A stretch of DNA of 64,000 nt from positions 4,024,607 through 4,088,606 of the forward strand of contig CM082598.2 of NCBI GenBank assembly GCA_040954595.2, given 5' to 3'. How positions within the stretch are numbered: the stretch's first letter is position 1; the number at the start of each line of letters is the position of its first letter. Of the stretch, positions 1-13,712 are shown one piece after another. The translations under genes were made by a program, and so were the position numbers. This stretch comes from Balanoglossus misakiensis. Its lineage: Eukaryota > Animalia > Hemichordata. The notes beneath the pieces are model-generated. The model saw nothing but the letters and a program-made list of their open reading frames with translations, ran no database searches and was not told the origin of the DNA.

Positions 1-283
1 ATTCCGTGTCATTTGCGTATAAATTGAAAAAAATAACATGCTTGGAAAACGCTGTCCTTTGTGGTGAGGACAACACTACCATATAACCCTACTCGCAATG
101 CAGACTATTTATAACGGTGCAAAATTTATGACCTGTCAGATGCAAAAGAGGGAGCGTTGCCGGGGGAAACCAGATCCATCAATTTTCAGAGTCGTGATGA
201 AGGATACAAACCTGACCTACTTTTTGTGTCTCTGGATCTATAAAAGATCACCGTTTCCAAAAATTACCCGATATGACCTTTAA
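1..283. mobile_element. Possible end of a non-autonomous DNA transposon (Kolobok-like, ...CCTT-TAA terminus)
   Basis: Slightly GC-richer block ending in ATATGACCTTTAA, the TTAAAGG...CCTTTAA terminus type. The other end would lie outside the window, so the TIR pair cannot be verified. Confidence 0.3.
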
Positions 284-1101
284 GAAAGTCAACAAGCTCT
301 CCATTAAGCGCACGTTTTGCTCTTTTCAATGAATTTGAAGGGTGATAAATTTATATGATATTGGCTTACTGAGGTTTAAGTTATGTTCTTAATCGAAAAA
401 CATCATGAAAACTTGACGAACAAGACACTACCATACAGCACTGTTTCCTTTTATAATTTTAACCACCCACAGAAATAATTTCTCTAATTTTAAGAATAAT
501 TCATGCTCTGAAGTCCCTTTCCAAATTGATTCAGCTCTACTTCTTTTATTATAAAATTTTCAACTTTCACTTTTTATCAATTTAAGTGCTTGAATCATGT
601 ATTTTAATTAATATTTGGAAAAATGGACAAGATATGACAAAAATACTAGTTTGCTGGACGACTATTCCATTGGCATCATAGTCCACATGCACTGACATCT
701 CACTTTATCATCAGCACTTTTCTTTGTATATTACGTAAACCAAGTTAACTGCACAATTCTTTCTGATTATGGGAAAGGAAATCCCCGCAACAAAGCCATA
801 CATCTTTCACAGGAAATGTCTCGACTTGTATTATCATTAAATGCAAATCCCAAACAATTGAAAGAGAAGAGTGAAAAACGATAGAAACCGACAAGCTCTA
901 CCCACAAGAATTATTTTTTTCTGTTCACTGTTGCTACAGCAACCGTTTCACAATGATGATAATTTTAATGATTTTTCTCCGTATTGTAAAGCACATGTGT
1001 AATGTTATCGGTCACCAAAAAATTTCGAGGGATGGGGGGGGGGGGGGTCTACATGTGGTGAAAATAAGTTTGCCAAAGCAGTTGTCTCTTTCCAGAGAAT
1101 A

Positions 1102-1310
1102 CTGTAAAACGGGTTATTTTCGCAAGCAATAAATTTTTGCGAAATATGCAAGAGCCAAGAAAACGTGAAATAAAAAGTCACATAAAATGGTTTTCGTAGA
1201 TATTGATGCAGTAAGTGAAATACGAAAACGCCAAACTTAATCCTCGCGTAACAGTTGCCTCTTTTGATATCGCGAAAATTTCCTGTCGCGGAAAATAACC
1301 TGTTTTACAG
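1102..1310. mobile_element. MITE, Tc1/mariner-pogo-like
   Basis: TA-CTGTAAAACGGGTTATTTTCGC ... GCGGAAAATAACCTGTTTTACAG: ~22-bp imperfect terminal inverted repeats, TA on the left flank, no coding capacity. Confidence 0.75.
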
Positions 1311-3154
1311 TCTAGTGCTGCCAAATATTTGTCGGCATCTGACTGAAATATGTCAGCATCTGAAGCACAGATGAAATTTTTGTGTGAACCCACCAAGGGA
1401 TCAGTAATTAAACCTGGCTTGGCAATGCTCAAATTTGGGATGATGCAAGGTCATGAGCATCTTCGCCTGCCAAGGTCTTTGGTCTCAGAAAATTACGGAG
1501 ACTGTAGCCAAGCTAACGACCCATCCAAGCGGACATTACTATGAAAATATTATCCTTTGTTTTTCAACTTAAAAAATGAAAAATGCTAGTCTAACAATGC
1601 TAGTATTTGAAAACCACAAATGACTACACACCTTAGTCTACTGCAGCAGAAATATTTAACGACTAAGGGTTCAATTCCTAACATTTTAGAGCAAAATATC
1701 ACATTTTCTGATGAATTTTTAATCATCTACAAATAAGGTCTGGCCATTCAGTTAAATTCAGATGACCCCGAGCTAGTTTATAAATTATGCAAATACTTGT
1801 GATCACAAAAGTAGGCTTGCGACAATAAAGAGCTGCAAAATTTTTGTATTGAATACATCTCCATTCGCGATACCCTTGATGCCACTGTTGTACGTCTTTT
1901 GTCCTTGTACTAGTGAATACCAAGTTCAACTACAGCATGATTCATCTGCTGTCAGCCTACGCACATTTTTTCCCGGAAAAAAAAATGGCACTTTTTCCGC
2001 TTTTTTCTATAATTTTTAATTATTTCAAAGTGCATTTTGGATCAAAAACAATGCAAATCCATAGAATTATAATTTTCTTCTACATATAAATGTTTCAAGG
2101 GTGAAATATACTGACAGAAGAGTAGAGCTTTAGGGAGAACATAGGATCTTTAAGTGCGACATTGAATAGATATCCAGATGGTTTTGTTATCTTTTGTCAA
2201 GATTACATTCAAGTGCAGACGACAGACTAATAGGCTGGCCGACATAAAAAGCCCCATTTCAAAAATGATCCCTTGTGAAAGAAATATTGCAAGGCACAAA
2301 TAATGGAAATTGCATGGATGAAGCAAAATGCACTCTGCCTGAAACACGTACACACAAGACTACAACAAAATTTCCACAATGTATTATTTTTCCGATATTA
2401 GTAAATGAAAATGACAGATACTTGACATTTACATTTTGAAATTTACTTTCCTGAAATTTATTATTTATTAATTTCTGCAGATCAATTAATATTACCAGGA
2501 CCATATTTCTTTTGTGTTTGCTCAGATCTCTGAACACCGGTAACTAAACAGTGGTAGCCACCCATACTTTTATTTTAATATTTCTGTTGACCCGTGATAT
2601 AATTTATTGGATAATCTCGAGGAGGGCTGCCTACAGCCTGCAGACATTTTTCCTGTGTTTTCAAGTCACAGGATTATAATAAAATGCGGAATCGTACATG
2701 GCAGACCCATTAACAGAGGCACATAAAATTCCAGTATGCAAAAGAATGACCCAATTTTTTTATGGCAGTTATACACAAATGAATTATTACTACGGCTGGT
2801 TGGTCGAACGTGGAATTCAACATATAATTTGACAGATAAATGCAGAAGTATAAACACATCGATATTTCACCTACAATGAAAATATCAGACACATTTGTTT
2901 TGGAAATTCTGCCCATCTGACAATAAAATTGACAGATATAAAGGTAATTTGTGTAAAACACATATTGCTGGCAGCCGTTATTTGAGTTACGTAATCACCA
3001 ATCACTGGTAGACACAGTTTATGAAAAATCATGGTTATAGTTACTGCACGTGAACACGTGTAGGGAACTGATTGTTTAGCATACACACAAAAACAAACGG
3101 ATTAAAAATGTGGGAAGTACTGGGAATATCCGGGAAATATCACTGAATACCAAC

Positions 3155-3205
3155 CTTTTTGATTTTCTGGTTGTTTTTGTCCCATTTCCACAACATGACA
3201 GCCAT
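3155..3205 (-). CDS. NAV2: Neuron navigator alternative first coding exon D (MAVMLWKWDKNNQKIKK)
   Basis: cagATGG start, 17 codons, phase-0 donor AAG|GTTGGT. Closely resembles the 17-aa vertebrate NAV2 isoform start MSVMLWRWEQNNTTMKL that precedes IYTDWANHYL (recalled). Confidence 0.8.
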
Positions 3206-3759
3206 CTGGAATTTGCCTTGTCTCTAAACACTGCACAATAAACACCTCAAATAGTCATCACTTGGTAATATCAATCTCCGCGGAATATCAACAATGAATC
3301 CGGAATGCCCTATTCCCAGGAATATCGTACAGTTGGAATTCGCCACTCAGGGATCATGTCCTAGTACGTGATGATCTTCCCCGACGATTTGTGTTTTTGA
3401 ACGTTACACTCCACTCTGGAAATCGTCGCGATATTCCGGGATAATTTAGAGATGGATATTAAAAATCCGAGTTGAAGACTTCCAAGTTGATAATAATCCA
3501 GGAAAACAATTCCGGATGGAACACTGAGCTGTCACAGTAGTAACCGGTAATTCAAGAAGCCGGGAGAAATAATGATGAGGCGAACATAAAATCCAGGAAT
3601 GGTTGCCTTCCACGGAATGCAGTCATGCAGTGGGAACAATAACAATATCCATGTGTCCGATAGCTGCTTTTATCAAAATAAAACCGCTATAACCAGTGTG
3701 TATGTATACTATACACAGACATAAAAAAATGGCTTCACTAGATTGTATATGTATATGTA

Positions 3760-3935
3760 ATACTATGCGCCGTCGTCGTAGTAATCGCGCGGCAGTGAGA
3801 CAGACTTGCGAGCGGTCATGAATACAAATCCGACTCAGGCAGCTGGCCAATAACGAGCTACAATGCTTGCGTGTGTATGTTCCTGTCAAACGATGTAGCG
3901 TAGTACAGCTCACATCATCAGCCACGCCCCCCAGG
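3760..3935 (-). promoter_or_regulatory. Putative internal NAV promoter for exon D
   Basis: CpG-enriched patch with a GC box (GCCACGCCCC ~3921), CCAAT (~3847) and an E-box CAGCTG, about 0.6 kb upstream of the ATG at 3205. Confidence 0.45.
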
Positions 3936-6651
3936 TATTGATCGCACTGATGTTTCAACACACCAGTAAAATACAAACTCACTGAAATATTAATCAGCTC
4001 TTTGTTTCATTCTCCTTAAACCGAACAAAGAGATCATATCTTTATCTCATTTTTTTTCTGGTAACATTATACGGAATTATTTTTTTTATAATTTGATAAT
4101 TGTTTATAATGTGATATTTCTCTGCATGGAAGGAGTATATTACAGACTGTTATTGCCGGCACGTGCAGGTTTACACACAAACTCTCACGGCCTGATTCAC
4201 ACTTAAGTGGGATAAAAGATAAAAAATAACAATATTGTTGCATCAACAGACAAACTCGTCTTAAAATATAAACATTAAATAAATGAAATGTTCTTACAAA
4301 TTTGATCAAATCACTAAAAAACCTCAGGTGAAAATATTATTTCAGCTATGATATATTTCATCTATCCCTCAAAACTTGCTCAAACCTCCCTTTGGAAATA
4401 ATGGAATATCTCAAATCGGGCTTTACATTTGATTGCAATATTAAATTATCGGGTATCCCATAATCCTTTGTAAACTTGTCACCAGGGAAGTGGATAAAAC
4501 CACTGCCCGTACAGGGGTGATGGCAAGTATAAAATACATCAAATAATTGATGTTTCGAGCAGTGAATGATTGTTGTACAACTCACAAATAAAGCTATAAG
4601 AACTACGGTGTATTATAAATCATTTTCTGACTTCAATTACAGTAATTTGATTTTGCTGCATCATGTCAAGGAAAGTGAAAATAATGGCCATGGGCTTTTT
4701 TTAAGATAAGAAAAATATGAGCTGTACAGTAATAGCCAAAGTAACCCACGATGTCTTTTGGCGCATCTACGCTAACCAAATTAGACCTCGAGATATTCGC
4801 CCAGTGGGGATTGATTGCATCAGAGAACACGACAATTTAGACAACTGGTTTTAAGTAGTAAATAATGTTTCTAAATCCACTGTCCTGAATTGTATCAGTA
4901 TGGGAGGAGAGTTTCAACATGTCACAGCCGATGAAATGTTTTTGTTGTCCGGACAAAGCACGTATAGAACTCTGTATTATTCATTGGTACATTAGGATAA
5001 AAACAAGTAAATGACTACAAAATTCGATTGACATATAAAATTTGAAAAGGAAACATCCCTGACTTGATATTACGATATTTCTTATGCATAACCTTAATTT
5101 TTTAACCCAAAATAATCATGAGCCACACACAGAGCTTCCAGGGTACATGAAAAACTTTAATTTATAGGTAATTTATTTCTTAAATTCAAGAGTTCTCTTT
5201 GGTACTCCCGATAATTGTTTTATTCTGCGTGACCAAGAATGGTAATAGTGTAATATCCAGGTCAATGTATGAAACCCAATAACTTTAATTCATTACTATG
5301 AAATTATAATGAGACAAGCTTGAGCTCTAGGGTGTATGAAACAGAATAATAAATAAATTACAGGAATAAGGAAAGACTAAAGAAACTGAACAACAGTTTC
5401 AATTGTGCAATTTTTATCAAATGGTTTGGTGAATATTGTTCATTTCAGCATGTTTCAGAATTTAGTATTTTTCACAATTTTTTACATTTTTGCTGAATGC
5501 TTTTCCCATCAACAAATTCAGAAAATCCATTCATGGTATTCATCTCTCTTTCTGTGTAGGCTGTCACATTTCAGTAATTGCAAACAATGACAACGTGAAA
5601 ACGGCGAATACGAACTCCTTTATTACTATTCTATAATTCTCTCCTAAGCAAACTATTTGCACAAAAGCTATTCATTCCATTGTGGCAATTATCTATTCTC
5701 TCTTCAGCCACACAGTCTTGTCAAAAGTCGTATTAACACGGAAAAACAAAAGACATGTCACCCATCCCCAAACTCCTTTGTCTCCTTCACAAAATTGCCT
5801 AATTTGGCAAATTACCCTTTTGTTATGTAAATTATCCCATCTGCCCTCAGGGTATCCCAAATAAGCTTTCTGGATTCATTTCTTAATATCTTTTTAATAT
5901 ATGCAAATTCCACAAATACTGATTATGTCCTCTTGCATTGGATTTAACCATTCTGTTAAAGGGGTGTAAGCTGACTACCACAGCCGAAATCTTTGTGGTA
6001 GAAACAATAGAATGAGCAGCCGACAATTTTGGTTCTGATAAACCAATAGTGACAGAAATTTCTCCGGGCGATACGATAATAATCCCTGTCTGTCCCGTTT
6101 CAAGTAACATTTCTATTCCATTATGTTTTCAGACATACTCCAGGGAATATTTCCTGGATGGAAATTAGATTTGCCTCCCACTGCTTAATTTATCTATCCG
6201 GAATAAAAATTATTAACACTGTGGGAATATGATAAAGTCTACAACGAGACAAGATAGCAACTCTAGATGAAAATTGGCCAGTAGTTTAACAGCTTGCTAT
6301 CAGCACAGTTGTGCATTTAATAAAGACAGTATTATCACTCTTTTCTTTGCGATCAAATATTAATAAGATTATCTCTTTTCTACATCATTAATTTTCTTAC
6401 ATGATGTATTAGGCAAGAATATAAATATCCCATCTCTTTTGTCGATTCTCGGGAAAGTTTATTTTTGACATCATTTGGGTTATTTTCATGAAAACTGTGT
6501 TATTATTAAAATGCAATGAAATCATCTCACAGGTCTGCAGAGTTTTTGTACGAAATTCCATGACTTTTCCCACGGATATTCCAAGGGTTTTGGAGGTCAA
6601 ACATTTGCATTCTCCAGGAATGATTGTGTAGTATTAGTAAAGTAGAGGTAA

Positions 6652-6677
6652 AGTACAGTACAGTACAGTACAGTACA
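6652..6677. repeat. (GTACA)n microsatellite
   Basis: About five perfect pentamer units. Confidence 0.9.
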
Positions 6678-8315
6678 GATCAAAACTAAATTAAGCGCTA
6701 CGGTGACCCAAGACCAGCCGATCATTAATTTCAATATTATTACTGGAATAGAGGAATGTTGCACGGGAAATTAGACAATCTCTTTTAACGATTCATTATT
6801 ACACCTGCTGTGTAGGGTATTTACATAGTCACATCTGGTTTCTCAACACAAATTACCAATCAAGAACTGACAATATTGTGAGATACACAAACTCAATCAG
6901 ACCAAAGTCACGATAACTCATCCGAATTTACCCAGCCTCTGATGATGTGATGAAGAACGACAAGTAGAGGCAATTAAGCGGTAATTTCCAAGACTAATAT
7001 AATTAGGTTTCAATAATCATCACCCTGGGGGAGACAGCCTTCACATAGCTGACCCACTCTGGCAGCTGTTTTCCTTAAACACTATATCAAAGACAACTGA
7101 GGTCAGTCATTTCATTGAAATAAATTTTTTATTCCACCGGTCCCAGTATTGACAGCGTGTGTCAATTTATGTCAGGGAGGGTCTGGGATCACAGGCAAAA
7201 CTTTATCAATTCACAGACACCGATTACCACATTTCAAATGTCTGTTACAAGGTTACTCAGCATCTACCGAACAGTGAGGGCAGCCTACATTTCCCATCCA
7301 ACAAACGTTGCAAGGAAAATTCGGACGAACAAATGTATGTTTGAATAACCAACAGAGGGCGCCCAACCAATATCAACTCTCAAAAGCAGATGGTCATTAT
7401 ATCATATTTCAGAGAAATTACAAAAAAGAAACCTTGCACTATACATCTTGTAGCTGACTCCAATTTCATCACACTCAATCTTGGATACTAAATGTATCGA
7501 ATGGTTAGAAAATAACTGCTTGATTTTACAACACTCCCTCCTATACTCGCCAAGACCCACTACTAAATTACTAAGGAGACATTATGGTCTTTGGAAAATT
7601 CTATTCATGTGACAGGGGGCGCTATTCAAGACAGCGCACTGAAGAGTTAGTGTCTGCGTAAGTCGCGAAAGGGGCAATCAAATTATCAAGACTATTTTCG
7701 TTATCGTGGCCTAGGTCTTGGTACAACTTCAAGGTTGCGTCCGCAGTAAAAGTAAATCTGGTCATTATCACAAAGGGTCTGGAAGTCACTTGGTGGACAA
7801 TATTCTGCAAATCAAGTTTGTACTTGACCTATTCATCCAGATTTTTTTATGTGACTTCAATTACGGTAGAAACTCTTACCATATATTAAATAAGATTAAA
7901 TACAGTTTGATTCTACTAAACTGACGATTAAATTACCTAGTGTTCTATTAGATTATGTTCACACATGACTTTGAACTTGTCAACATTCAGGTCAACAAAA
8001 CATACTCACAGGGATATAATACACCAACAAAAACATCCCGTACACACTGACAAAATAATTTAAACCATTGTCGGGCTTTCCCATGCTTCTCATGTTTACT
8101 CTAAGTATATTCAAGAAAATCTATATGTTGATATAACCTTTGACCGTGGTATGAAAATAGCAAATCCCTGTCCTAATAATGTTAATTTGTATTTTCAAAC
8201 AGAATACAGTTCACTGTGGTATCGTATGACAACAAACCCAGTGTTGTTTCAGGGGCAAATTCTGATAATTGGCCAGAGCAATCAAACTTCCATTGGCAAT
8301 AACTGCATGTTTTGA

Positions 8316-8401
8316 CCCTTCATCCCAAGTTCCCCCGCTATAGTGGTCCAATTTTACCATGGAAAACAATGGGTTCGGACCAAACCATGGTAGTGAAAAG
8401 G
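8316..8401 (-). mobile_element. ~85-bp piggyBac-like MITE, copy 1
   Basis: Reverse-complement similarity to 11053-11137; degenerate CCCTT...AAGG-TTA ends. Confidence 0.7.
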
Positions 8402-10245
8402 TTAGAGTAAGCAGTGAAATTGACATGTATTTATAACAAAAACTGCCAGTCGGTTGTTCTTATTCTCTACATCCTTGTATAAAAAGTAAAATATGCTTTT
8501 ACACAATACAATCAGATTGTGTTCTGTTGAGTGATACAACCACAGTTCAAGTGACTGTCACATTACTGTCTCCTAAAACTTGTAACAATGATTGGTAACC
8601 ATAGATGTCCGACAATTAACCTTGGGTGCACTCCGGTTGACTCTACACATGTTTGGCAGCTGCTCAACAAACTTTACTGGTAGACGGTAATACAACTTGA
8701 CTTGTAAAGGCCAGGTTTTGATAAGGCAAATCAGCTTCTTTGCATTAAAGGGAACGTAGTATTTGATAGTACTTCTGACCATCAATCAAGCCCACGTTCT
8801 TGTTCAACTCTTCTGCGCAAGTTCTGTGTCAACATGCAACAGATATTAATGTAATCCTATTTATTCAAAGTTGAAGTCCAGATTATAACAGACCAAACCA
8901 GTGATCTATCATACCACTATTGTTGTTCTTTCTCTCTGCAGTGAATAAGCAAAGAGTGACATCAAGAACCAGTGACATCACCAACATCTGACATCGACAA
9001 CCAGTGACATCAACAGTGGATTGTTGGCGCTTACATCATTTCAGTCCAAAACCAACATTGCTAGCCTAGAATCCAGTCTATCCTTCCGCCACTCAACCCA
9101 AAATACAGGAAGAGCAAAGGACATATCATCTATAAAAAGCAAGTTATAAAACTTGATCTACGCTCATTACGATGCAATTAACATTTCTCCGGTGGCCATC
9201 TCAGAATATGACACTAGTTCATAGCTATTTACTCCCATAAATTAGAACAGCTATTAAATGTTAAGGATGCTTTGTTTTATGAGTTTGCCACACAAAGAGA
9301 GCATGGTGAAATTACAGATGCGATAATTTTAACCTATGACAAATGCTTCCTGTTCTTTAAGGTCACATATTTATTTATTTTTGGTCAAAATATTTGCTCT
9401 GGCTGGAAAAGCTTCTTGGTCTCTGTTAACCATTAAAGCTCCACCAGACATAACTTTTGTTAGACTTTCATTATTTTTGTTTATCAACTTAAAGTATACA
9501 ATCATCTTTAATTTACTTATGCCCATATATGGTGAAGGGGCATGCAAGCCTTCGAATGATCAATGCACTTTTTCGTGTGTCCACCCCACAAAAATCTGTG
9601 ATTGGCTGGATCTAAACTTTCCATGGTAACTCTGTTTTTTTTTTTTATATTGTGAGTTTTAGCTTATGTGTGAGAACAGACAATTTTTCTATGGTACATT
9701 TGTCTACTGTTTCATTGTGTTATCTCAGTGGTTCAACTTTAAATCTTCTGTCAGTACACTTCTTAAGTACAGTACCTACTGAACAGTGTCTTTTCACAAT
9801 TTGTCATTTGCAGTCCTAGCGCCTGAACTTTTTTTGGACACACAAGTTGATTCCTGGCATTTGTCAGAAAACCCAGCTGACCTGATCTTAAACTGTTTAA
9901 ATTCTAATCTATACCTTTTTGGCGTGTTTGTCCATCCAGTTCTACAGACAACAACAGTTTTTTTCACTCTGAAACCACCCAGATTGAAGCAGACACAAAA
10001 ACCAGCTCAGATGTTGTATGTCATTCAAAGCAAGTGACTGTAAACACACAGACATGACAAATCAGTGGCTAAAAGACTTCAAAGTGGTTTTGACACCTGC
10101 TTGGGTTTAGTCGACACGTCTTCTTGAGTGTTTTTGTCGTGTTGTCCAGACACAACAAACAGATTATCGGTGGTCATTATTGTCTGAGCGTCAAAAAGTC
10201 AGACCGCTAAAGCTTCTTAACACCATTAAGCTCACTCTTAGTGTT

Positions 10246-10400
10246 TGACAGTTAACATAGCTGTAGTCCAGCATTGAAAGAAAATTTGCTTTTTGGACGA
10301 CAGTTAACATAGCTGTATACAGTCCAGATTGAAAGAAAATTTGGTTTTTGGACGACAGTTAACATAGCTGTAGTCCAGCAAAAATTCGGTTTTTGGACAA
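10246..10400. repeat. Minisatellite, ~52-55 bp unit x3
   Basis: Unit GACAGTTAACATAGCTGTAGTCCAG(C)ATTGAAAGAAAATTTG(G/C)TTTTTGGAC repeated head to tail. Confidence 0.9.
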
Positions 10401-11052
10401 AATTTTCAGCAGATTTTGAATTTATTTCAGATAAGAAAGCTAGCAATCACTTTCATTAAGGTATTAGTCTCAAAATAATGGGAAAAAATTGAGAGGGTAT
10501 CGATGTTCGGAGTGAAAAGTGATTTGAAATAATCAGAGAAAACCTCCAGTATACAGTGATCAAAGGTCATAATGGTCATAACTTCAGGATTTACTAGAAC
10601 TAATTCCCCTCTAAAGTTACCATTTAGTTCTTGAAACAGAACAGGAAGAATGCAATATGTGGAAGAATTTGACCTATCACTGTATGTTCTTAAATCAGAG
10701 TAAAAAAAAATCATATCAGGTTTACAGAACAGGTAAGAATTTTCTGGGTCATGGCAATCATGCTATCACTGTGACAACCATTTAAGAATAATGAAATCAT
10801 CATGCGTACCTAAATTCGTCTGGTGGTCAGGAATTTCAAGCACTCCACATTCAATATATCATTACTTCCACCAAATTGAACACTTTTCCCAGGATTGATA
10901 CGGAAAAAGAACAGATTTATCTAATCGGGAATTAGGGAGTGCATGTGTATGTCTGGAACAGGAATATTTAGTCAGCAATCAATACCTGTGCAGTTTTAGA
11001 AGTTAAGCTTCTAAGATCGGAACAATGGCAACCCAGAGACTTGATTGATCAA

Positions 11053-11137
11053 CCCTTTCACCACCATGGTTTGGACCAAAACCATAGTTTTCTATGGTAA
11101 AGTTGGACCTCAAAAGATGGAACTGGGGGTGAAAGGG
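11053..11137 (+). mobile_element. ~85-bp piggyBac-like MITE, copy 2 (best preserved)
   Basis: TCAA-CCCTTTCACC...GGTGAAAGGG-TTAA: 10-bp perfect TIR, CCCT ends and TTAA-type target site. Confidence 0.8.
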
Positions 11138-13637
11138 TTAAATGAAGTTCCCATAATTCCCTTTACCTGTGCCTTAACTGGTGCTGTTTGCTTTTAAAAA
11201 TTACTTTTAAAACGGAGAAAACCAGTAATTGTGTGATTATTTTAAATGCAAAATAAAGTGGTTATTGAGAAAACTAGTGGTAAATCAGTAATTGCCGCTT
11301 GTCATTTCCTTAATCCATCAAACAATATCGCACATGCTGGTCTAATTTACTTGAAACTAAGACAAGGAACTCAGTCCTCGCTTCTACTCCACGGGGTCAT
11401 ATCTGTTTCCCGTCTTACAAATCCACAGGTGATGACAAGCACGGATAAACCGGGTCAGAGTGCTGTGCCGGGCCTTTATCCGATCGAAACCTTACAAGTT
11501 CCCAGATCTCCTGTGCATGTCTCTACGGAACGCGCTGGAGGAAAGTGATACAGTGACCGGAACACTGCACTTTGTCAGACTCTTGGTGAAAAATTTGTTC
11601 GAAACTTCGATAGCGTAAACGAGTTCATCGCAGACTTCGTATGTACTAATATAACCTCACAGCACTACTGTTACAGTACAACTTTGTTTGAAAAATGGGT
11701 GGTGCATGGTGTTGTTGGTTTTGGTGGTGGTTTTGGCAGTGAGGGTGGTGGTGGTGGTGGCAGCATGGGTCTTTAGTGTTGTTGGTTTTGGCACAGTTCC
11801 CCCACAGCCACAAATTGTCAACAGGGAGATTCTCTCTCTCTCTCTCAGTGCCCTCCTTCCAGGGTACCGGGATAAAGGCGGTTACTACAATTATGAATGA
11901 CAAATTATTTTCTCATTAAAAGTCATCATCTCTATAAACACTATGACAACACTGTGCCTCAAGAGTGGTGAATCACCAACAGTCCACAGACTATATGTGA
12001 AATATCTCCTCTGTAATGACCACATATTCAAAATGGTCAGCAAACTCAAGCTTCTATTACGGCTACACATTCAGTCAATGAGACTAAAACCACAATAATT
12101 CTAGTGGTGAAATAAGTCGTGTACTTTCAGATTAATATACTTCCCCTTTCCCACATAACAGTTCATCAACGAAAAATGGTACTATTGTTGGACAATTCTG
12201 CATTGCTAGAAAACTTGGAAGTTACTGTGAGTGAGGAAATCTTATGCAGGAAATGGGGTGAAAGTTTAAGGTATTTTATAATCAAATGATTGGATATTGA
12301 GTAATACTAACCCACTTCCTTTATGGAAGGATGTCATGTACTGAATTTAACCTTGGACTATGGTAATCGTTAACAAAACACTAGTGTCTCAAAGACTCGG
12401 GGACATCTTCCTTCAAGCAGAGAATAATCTCGGCCAAAGCCCTCAATCGATGCCAATGCAATGATGCATACAGGAACACACACGCTGTTTTGGTTGTGTT
12501 GGTTTTTCATCAACTTCCCGCAATGATATGTTGCTTATTTCGTTTATGTGACATATTCCATACATGTTCTTCCTGAATTAAACATTTTCCAATATGGTCT
12601 ATACACAACACACCAACAAGTAGAATTTGAACCAAGTTGACAAACGCGCAGATCTGCAAAACTTTTAGACATCCCTGGACAAATAGAAAGTCTCTTTCCA
12701 CTACGGCCTGAGAACAGATCTGAGAGAACGAGGCAGGAAACCAAAGGATGTCTCCAAACTTCCTGACCTTCATTGTATAATTCACTTCCCACATCAGAAA
12801 ACAAGCAAACCGTCACAAATGGGTGAACATTCTCACCAAAAATAGCCGTTTTCTTAGCCTCTGAACAATCTCTCATAAATAATTCATCCAATTCCATCCA
12901 ACACACAACAACCTCCAGCACGTTTGTGCAAGCTCGCGAGTTTGTTAAAAAATAATTTACGTTACGATGAAATGTAAAAGATAACATTCACGATTCAAAT
13001 TATAAATTTGTAAACTATCTGTCTGTTAGTTAACCTTTCAGTCGTAAATATTACCGCATTCGACTCAATAATTCATGATCACTTTACGTCGAATTAAGTT
13101 CCATCATAAAATTCTGATGTCTGTTTTTTTCTTATATGAAAATGTTTATGTATGAAACTACTAAATTCCAGTAACAGCATAAAATGAAGTTTAAAATCTT
13201 AAAAATGTATGCCAGTGGTGCACTTGTTTTTTGGGTCAGCGTTCACTGACACGCTGACTGGACGAATTTTGAAGTGTTTACTTAAAACCACTTCTCCCAC
13301 GTCCCTCGATTGATCAAGTACAACAGCACACACTTTTCCTGGCTGTAAATAACGGCAAAAAACAAAACCATTTCGGTGAAGATTAAAGAAAGTTGCGGCA
13401 GACCGCTTTAAAGTGAACACACGACCTCGGTAGAAATCCAAGGATCAAAGGTCAAGATACGCGAAACCGTTTGTATAAAAATACAGGTGTCATCAGGGTA
13501 TTAATTTTCTGCTAAATTCCAATATACACACGATACTGCGTTTCTGATAGCGGCGATACCTAACACTGATAGCAGATATTGCAGATTTAAATTTCCAGCC
13601 GCCGTTCTCACGCAGCTTCAAGCGTCAAATCACTCAC

Positions 13638-13712
13638 CTGTTTTCCTGTACGCTCGTGGTCTTCCAAAATTTTGGTTTTCTTTTTTTTCCGAAAACTTCG
13701 AAAGAGGAGCAT
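13638..13712 (-). CDS. NAV2: Neuron navigator alternative first coding exon C (MLLFRSFRKKKKTKILEDHERTGKQ)
   Basis: AACATG start, 25 open codons, consensus phase-0 donor CAG|GTGAGT; same strand and phase as the other NAV first exons. Confidence 0.65.

Noticed and set aside
10246-10400. CRISPR-like periodic repeats (also 17733-18005 and 27011-27225)
   Set aside because: Head-to-tail units without unique spacers, eukaryotic context, no cas genes.
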